Part shown: positions 1 to 4,869 of the stretch, one piece after another
Numbering within the stretch: position 1 is the stretch's first letter
How the letters are laid out: every line of letters begins with the position of its first letter
From: an uncultured Candidatus Saccharibacteria bacterium
GTDB taxonomy: Bacteria; Patescibacteriota; Minisyncoccia; Portnoybacterales; UBA2143
DNA length: 51,316 bases
Assembly: GCA_964629675.1 (NCBI GenBank)
Contig: CAZVUG010000011.1
Coordinates: 1-51,316 of the forward strand
Reading direction: 5' to 3'
The notes under the pieces: model-generated
The model's database searches: none
Told to the model about the DNA's origin: nothing
What the model saw: the letters and a program-made list of their open reading frames with translations, nothing else
Position numbers and translations under genes: made by a program

Positions 1-168
1 GAGGGCAGCTGGGGTATAAGAAGTGATTTTCTCGACGCTGGCAACCTCTTTTGGTCGGCTACTACCAAATCCGGTGGTACCCACTACGCTTGGTTCGTCT
101 ACTTGCACTACGGCTACACGACCTACCCTGATAAGACTCGTGAGTATGACTCCCGTTGTGTCCGGTAG
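1..168 (+). CDS. 3' end of DGR1 target protein (C-type-lectin-like / DUF1566-type variable C-terminus), truncated by the window edge
   Basis: Frame +1 is open from base 1 to TAG at 166-168: EGSWGIRSDFLDAGNLFWSATTKSGGTHYAWFVYLHYGYTTYPDKTREYDSRCVR*. It has the FWS..T....AW.V....G......K.....RCVR pattern of CLec-fold DGR targets and contains VR1. It is absent from the ORF track because it has no start in the window. Confidence 0.92.
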   Translation, partial: EGSWGIRSDFLDAGNLFWSATTKSGGTHYAWFVYLHYGYTTYPDKTREYDSRCVR

Positions 169-182
169 TTCTGGCCATAATT
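35..182 (+). repeat. DGR1 variable region (VR1) with IMH-like 3' end
   Basis: Ungapped alignment to 774-921 (offset 739) gives 21 mismatches, 19 of them at TR adenines. Confidence 0.95.
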
Positions 183-236
183 TGATAATTCGATGATTTA
201 ATTATTCAATTATTTTCTTCATTTCTTCATTTTTTC
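181..236 (+). repeat. Degenerate 8-nt periodic T-rich repeat downstream of VR1
   Basis: tttgataa|ttcgatga|tttaatta|ttcaatta|ttttcttc|atttcttc|attttttc. Confidence 0.6.
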
Positions 237-239
237 ATT

Positions 240-602
240 ATGTCTCGTTATTTCCACATTCCAATTTTTCAGCAAGGATATGATTTGAATTTGCAAATCT
301 ACCGAACAACGCATAATTTTCCCCGGGAGTATAAATATACTTTGGGACAAGAATTGAAAAAAGTATCAAGCGAGCTTTTGGACTATATTGTCAAAGCCAA
401 CCAGAAAAGGGATAAAGATCTCTGTTTTGCCGAAATAAGAAGCCGGATTGAACGTTTGCGAATCTATTTTAGAACAGCCTATGATTTGAAAATAATCAGA
501 ATTGAAAAATTTACCTATTTCAGCCGAACTTTAGAAATGATTGCCAAACAAAATGCTGGCTGGGAAAATTGGTTCTTTGATAAAAAAAGGGAAGTTCAAT
601 GA
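240..602 (+). CDS. avd: DGR accessory variability determinant (Avd-like four-helix-bundle protein)
   Basis: 120 aa basic helical protein with IFQQGYDL...NFPREYKYTLGQEL...LRIYFR...GW motifs; lies between VR1 and TR1. Confidence 0.9.
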   Translation: MSRYFHIPIFQQGYDLNLQIYRTTHNFPREYKYTLGQELKKVSSELLDYIVKANQKRDKDLCFAEIRSRIERLRIYFRTAYDLKIIRIEKFTYFSRTLEMIAKQNAGWENWFFDKKREVQ

Positions 603-603
603 A

Positions 604-773
604 GCCAGAATTCTTATTCAGCTCTAATGAAAGTTAAAGCGAATAAGGAGCGAGCAAAAAAATTATGGCGATTCCGTTTTCCATTAATAAAATCAATGGA
701 ATAAAGTATTGATCAGCCATACCTTGCTTTGGCAAGGATTGGCTGAGTTAAGAAGAAATAGCGGAAATATCTC
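604..773 (+). ncRNA. Structured 5' leader of DGR1 template RNA
   Basis: Hairpins at 613-647, 679-701 and 713-746; helix 672-678/760-766; motifs GCCAGA, GAGCAAA, GCGATTCC and GCGGAAATAT shared with the DGR2 leader. Confidence 0.65.
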
Positions 774-921
774 ACGCTGGCAACAACTTTTGGTCGGCGA
801 CTACCAAATCCAATGATACCCACAACGCTTGGAACGTCAACTTGAACAACGGCAACACGAACAACAATGCTAAGACTAATGAGTATGACTCCCGTTGTGT
901 CCGGTAGTTCTGGACATAATT
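774..921 (+). repeat. DGR1 template region (TR1)
   Basis: AAC/AAT-rich copy of VR1 with 13 AAY codons in the VR frame; non-coding position between avd and RT. Confidence 0.95.
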
Positions 922-2104
922 AATCTTTGTTCTTTGGCTTCCTTGGATTTCTCTTTAATTGAAAATAATTAAAGTTTTCATCAGCTGGCTGAAGATAAGC
1001 TTTCAAAACTTGAAAATGTTTTTGGTAAAGGGATTTTCTTAATTTAAAAGTGTTAGCATGCTTAAATTGGCCGTAATAAGAATTAATAACCGAAAGAATT
1101 TCAGTAAGCTGCTTATTAAAAATTTTGGCATTTTTCGGCAGGGGATTTTGATTAAACTGCCACAATTTTCTCTTGAAATTACCGACTATTCGCCGGCGAA
1201 TTAAAGAATAATGAGGCTTGATTATGAAGCCGACAAAATTAATTCCTTGATTGACGGAGCGGAGAATTGTTTTATCGGGATGAAGTTTTAAAGCAAGTTT
1301 TTCTCTAAGAAAATTATCAATTTGCTTGGACCAATCTTTTAATTGCTGCTGATTTTGGCTGAGGATTAAAAGATCATCAACATACCGTAAATAATATTTA
1401 ATTTTCAATTGGTGTTTTACAAATTGGTCTAGCTCGTTTAAATAAACATTAGCAAAGAATTGGGAAGTTAAATTACCAATCGGCAAACCTTGATTTTGCG
1501 GAACTTTGAAAAGAGATTTATGGCTAGGAATTAGCTGAAAGAGCTTTAGGTCTCCCTTGGCGTAAAAATCCTTAGTCGGATCTTGAAAAATAATTTTCTG
1601 GGCTAGCTGGAGAATTTCCTGATTATGAAGATGTTTTTTAATTAATGCAAAAAGGATGTCTTTCTTCAGAGACATAAAGAAAGCGGAGACATCAGCTTGG
1701 AGATAATAAGCCGGCTGGGAAAAATTAAGGCTGATTTTTCTAAGAAATTTCCTTAAATCTTTAATCGCATAATGAGCTCCTTTGCCTTTGCGGCAGGAAT
1801 AAGAATGGTGGATAAATTTTCTTTCCCAAGTTGGCTCTAAATATCTGACTAGAAGATGATGGATGATCCTGTCTCTGAAATCAGCGGCAAAAACTTCGCG
1901 AGGCTTTGGCTGGGTAACGACAAAACAGATTGATTGGCCGGGATAATAAGCTTGTTGCTGCAATTCTGATTCCAGTTTCAGCAGTCCTTTTTCAAAAGAC
2001 AATTCAAATTTAGCTGCCTTAACAGTTTTTCTCTTTCTTCGCCGGCATTGGTAGTAGGCGATTAAGAGATTCTGGAAAGAAAATAATTTAGATTGGCTAG
2101 CCAT
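920..2104 (-). CDS. DGR reverse transcriptase (RT1), antisense to TR1
   Basis: KPREVFAADFRDRIIHH, SYSCRKGKG, GLPIGNLTSQFFANVYL, YLRYVDD, INFVG; 394 aa with no endonuclease domain; adjacent to a TR/VR pair. Confidence 0.95.
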   Translation of the reverse strand: MASQSKLFSFQNLLIAYYQCRRRKRKTVKAAKFELSFEKGLLKLESELQQQAYYPGQSICFVVTQPKPREVFAADFRDRIIHHLLVRYLEPTWERKFIHHSYSCRKGKGAHYAIKDLRKFLRKISLNFSQPAYYLQADVSAFFMSLKKDILFALIKKHLHNQEILQLAQKIIFQDPTKDFYAKGDLKLFQLIPSHKSLFKVPQNQGLPIGNLTSQFFANVYLNELDQFVKHQLKIKYYLRYVDDLLILSQNQQQLKDWSKQIDNFLREKLALKLHPDKTILRSVNQGINFVGFIIKPHYSLIRRRIVGNFKRKLWQFNQNPLPKNAKIFNKQLTEILSVINSYYGQFKHANTFKLRKSLYQKHFQVLKAYLQPADENFNYFQLKRNPRKPKNKD

Positions 2105-2253
2105 TCATTATATTTTAAAACATGTTTAAAATTAATTTATCAGCCAAGGATTATAAAGAAATTACGATGATTTATATAATCACTCATAATGAGTTTAAAA
2201 AAAATTATTATTTAGCAAAGGTCGGTTAAAAATAATGTAAGTTGTTAATAATT

Positions 2254-2919
2254 ATGATTAAAAAAGAAATATTAAAAAAGAATGAAAAATTAATTAAAAT
2301 TCTGCTGATTATTGCTATCCCGATAGCCATTGCCAGCATCGGCTATTTTTTAGTTAAAGCGCAATCAGTTTCTGATGATTTTACGACTGATGACAATATC
2401 GCTGATACTTGGCAGACAACGGTAGCGACTAGCACAGGAGAGGTTACTTTAGAATTAAGAGATTGCGATGTCGGAGAGGGAATTTGGTTTTGTAATGCTT
2501 CAACTACCTGCGCTAATTATTTGGGCGATGGCGATTATATCTTAGTAGCGCAAGATGACCTGGGGACGACCAAGCAGTGGAAAACCGCTAAGACAGCCTG
2601 CGATCAGCCTGAATGCGGAATCAAAGGAGGTAACAATGGAGATAATTTAGTGGCTGATAACACAGTTGATTTCAGCACTAATGGCTATAATGCGCGGGAT
2701 GCCTGTAAGGCGATTGGCGGTAGATTGCCGACTAAAGATGAACTTGATTGTATTTATGACCATAAAGCTGATTTTGGAAATAATTTTGCTGCCAGCCTCT
2801 ACTGGTCAAGCACGGATTTCTCGGCGGAGCACGCCTGGGTACAGAGCTTCACGACTGGTACTCAGGGCATCTACAATAAGACTCGCAGCACCTACGTTCG
2901 TTGCGTTAGGGGCTGGTAG
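2254..2919 (+). CDS. DGR2 target protein: N-terminal TM/signal, Cys-rich linker, DUF1566/Lcl-like CLec domain with VR2
   Basis: Hydrophobic LLIIAIPIAIASIGYFLVKA; ARDACKAIGGRLPTKDEL; YWSST...AWVQSF..G...K....VRCVRG. ATG at 2254 is preferred over the TTG at 2242. Confidence 0.92.
   Translation: MIKKEILKKNEKLIKILLIIAIPIAIASIGYFLVKAQSVSDDFTTDDNIADTWQTTVATSTGEVTLELRDCDVGEGIWFCNASTTCANYLGDGDYILVAQDDLGTTKQWKTAKTACDQPECGIKGGNNGDNLVADNTVDFSTNGYNARDACKAIGGRLPTKDELDCIYDHKADFGNNFAASLYWSSTDFSAEHAWVQSFTTGTQGIYNKTRSTYVRCVRGW
2783..2913 (+). repeat. DGR2 variable region (VR2)
   Basis: Ungapped alignment to 3134-3264 (offset 351) gives 18 mismatches, 17 at TR adenines. Confidence 0.95.
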
Positions 2920-2920
2920 G

Positions 2921-2967
2921 TTTGAAATTTGTTAATTTGACATCTTGAGTCTTTAAAATTTTAAAAT
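2921..2967 (+). repeat. Degenerate 8-nt periodic T-rich repeat downstream of VR2
   Basis: tttgaaa|tttgttaa|tttgacat|cttgagtc|tttaaaat|tttaaaat. Confidence 0.55.
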
Positions 2968-2972
2968 TTTTA

Positions 2973-3133
2973 TCTATGGCCAGATCTTTCGGATGTGAAT
3001 TTCATTAGCACCGAAAGGAGAGCAAAGCATACCTACCGCGATTCCTGCTGCCTCGGTAAGAAGCGGGGCATTGTAGGTCAAAAGGTCTTTCATGATATCG
3101 TCAGACCTTTGGAGAAAATTTGAGTGCGGGAAT
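2973..3133 (+). ncRNA. Structured 5' leader of DGR2 template RNA
   Basis: Hairpins at 2986-3017, 3049-3070 and 3081-3110; helix 3041-3048/3126-3133; closing stem 2973-2980/3285-3292. Confidence 0.65.
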
Positions 3134-3264
3134 ATTTTGCTGCCAGCAACTACTGGTCAAGCACGGAGAACTCGGCGGAGAACGCCTGGAAACAGAACTT
3201 CACGACTGGTAATCAGAACAACAACAATAAGACTAACAGCAACTACGTTCGTTGCGTTAGGGGA
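3134..3264 (+). repeat. DGR2 template region (TR2)
   Basis: AAC-rich copy of VR2 with 11 AAY codons in the VR frame. Confidence 0.95.
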
Positions 3265-3301
3265 GATGGGTAGGCTTAGCTAATGCCATAGACCATTAAT
3301 T

Positions 3302-3682
3302 ATGCAAATAAGTAATACTAAAATTTACTATAAGCTGTATTTGCTGACAAAACATTTTTACTTGATAGTTAAAAATTTTCCCAAGGAATATAAATATGAA
3401 TTAGGCAGAGATATAATCAGGTTATCGTGGCGTTGTCTTGACTTATCGCTTGAAGCCAACTCAGCCCGAAATCAAGATAAAAGAATAAAAATAACAGAGT
3501 TAAATAAAGTTTATGAAAAATTAAAAATGAGAGTTAGAATGAGCCAAGAAATTAATTTAATTACAATCAATCAATTTGCGCATATTGAAGAATTTTATTT
3601 GCTTGAAATTGGTCGCATGATTGGAGGATGGAAAAAGTGGTCGGAAGATAAAATAGAAAAAAGGCAAGCAGTTGCCAATTAA
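3302..3682 (+). CDS. avd: DGR accessory variability determinant (Avd-like four-helix bundle)
   Basis: IYYKLYLL...NFPKEYKYELGRDI...LKMRVR...EIGRMIGGWKK; immediately upstream of RT2. Confidence 0.92.
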   Translation: MQISNTKIYYKLYLLTKHFYLIVKNFPKEYKYELGRDIIRLSWRCLDLSLEANSARNQDKRIKITELNKVYEKLKMRVRMSQEINLITINQFAHIEEFYLLEIGRMIGGWKKWSEDKIEKRQAVAN

Positions 3683-3696
3683 TAAATTATGGATTT

Positions 3697-4869
3697 ATGG
3701 ATATTTTGACATACAGTAACTTGTACCGCGCTTACTTGGATTGCCGAAAAACAAAACGCAAAACCGCTAACGCTTTAAAATTTGAAATTGATTTAGAACG
3801 TAATTTAGAAATATTATTATCAGAGCTTAAAAGCAAAAAATATCAGCCAGGCCGTTCAATCTGTTTTGTGGCCACCAACCCTGTTCCCAGGGAAATATTC
3901 GCGGCTGAATTTAGAGACAGGATTGTTCATCATTTATTAATTAGAGAAATATTACCCATTGGAGAGCGTAATTTCATTTTTGATTCTTACGCTTGCCGCA
4001 AAAACAAAGGAACGCACCAGGCGATTAATCGGCTAAAAAAATTTATTAGACAAACTACGGGCAACGGAAACAAAAATGTTTTTTATGCCCAATTGGACGT
4101 CAAGGGATTTTTTATGGCTATTGACCAGCGAATTTTATATAATTTAACAAAAAAGTTAGTCAAGAAACAAAAAAGACCGCAACATTGGAAGCAAGATGTT
4201 TTATGGCTGACAAAAAATATTATCTTTCATAATCCAGCGGAAAATTATATAACCAAAGGGGATCCTGCTTTATTCAATCTAATCCCAACGCATAAATCAT
4301 TGCGTTGCCAGCCCAAAGGCAAAGGACTGCCAATCGGTAATTATACTTCTCAGTTTTTCGCCAACTTATATCTAAATGAATTAGACCAATTTATAAAAAG
4401 AAAACTTAAGAGTAAATATTATATTCGTTATGTTGATGACATTATTTTACTAGATGCTGATAAAGAAAAATTAAAATATTTAAGGAATAGAATTAATAAT
4501 TTTTTAATGAAAAACCTAAGATTAGAATTAAATGTAAATAAAGTTCGCTTTCAACTTTTAGTTAAGGGAATAGATTTTTTAGGGTATTTTGTTAAACCTG
4601 ATTATGTATTAGTTAGACAGAAAGTAATTAAGCGGCTGAAGAATAATTTATTTAAGATGAGTTTTGCTAATTTTAAATTTTTAAATAAACAAATGTTTTT
4701 AAAAAGAAACTTAGCGATGATTAATTCTTATTATGGCCATTTTAACCATGCGCAAAGTTTTAATTTAAGAAAAAATATCTATAATAGCCATTTAGCAGAA
4801 CTAAGAAATATTTTTTTGCCCAAGAAAGGATTTAGTTGCTTAAAAATAAATAATAAATATGTTGCCTGA
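3697..4869 (+). CDS. DGR reverse transcriptase (RT2)
   Basis: PREIFAAEFRDRIVHH, DSYACRKNKGTH, GLPIGNYTSQFFANLYL, YIRYVDD, IDFLGY. Confidence 0.95.
   Translation: MDILTYSNLYRAYLDCRKTKRKTANALKFEIDLERNLEILLSELKSKKYQPGRSICFVATNPVPREIFAAEFRDRIVHHLLIREILPIGERNFIFDSYACRKNKGTHQAINRLKKFIRQTTGNGNKNVFYAQLDVKGFFMAIDQRILYNLTKKLVKKQKRPQHWKQDVLWLTKNIIFHNPAENYITKGDPALFNLIPTHKSLRCQPKGKGLPIGNYTSQFFANLYLNELDQFIKRKLKSKYYIRYVDDIILLDADKEKLKYLRNRINNFLMKNLRLELNVNKVRFQLLVKGIDFLGYFVKPDYVLVRQKVIKRLKNNLFKMSFANFKFLNKQMFLKRNLAMINSYYGHFNHAQSFNLRKNIYNSHLAELRNIFLPKKGFSCLKINNKYVA

Larger units (their letters stand above)
1..2104. mobile_element. Diversity-generating retroelement 1 (VR-avd-TR-inverted RT)
   Basis: All four DGR components are present, with adenine-specific TR/VR differences. 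Confidence 0.93.
2254..4869 (+). mobile_element. Diversity-generating retroelement 2 (target/VR-TR-avd-RT)
   Basis: Complete co-oriented cassette with adenine-specific TR/VR differences. Confidence 0.95.

Noticed and set aside
177-212. Hairpin/cruciform after VR1
   Set aside because: Only an imperfect AT-only inverted match, better explained by the 8-nt periodic repeat.
774-3264. AAC-rich runs as microsatellite or CRISPR array
   Set aside because: They are the TR codons. I saw no repeat-spacer array or cas genes in the window.
35-3264. Cross-templating of VR2 by TR1 or VR1 by TR2
   Set aside because: They differ at many non-A positions and in length; only the protein-level CLec motif is shared.
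2666-3283. ORFs 2666-2935 and 3092-3283 as genes
   Set aside because: They are off-frame readings across VR2 and TR2. Their similarity only reflects the TR/VR repeat.
920-4869. RTs as group II intron, retron or CRISPR-associated RTs
   Set aside because: Both are ~390 aa, lack endonuclease or Cas1 domains, carry GLPIGN.TSQ and RYVDD, and sit with Avd and A-specific TR/VR pairs, which identifies them as DGR RTs.
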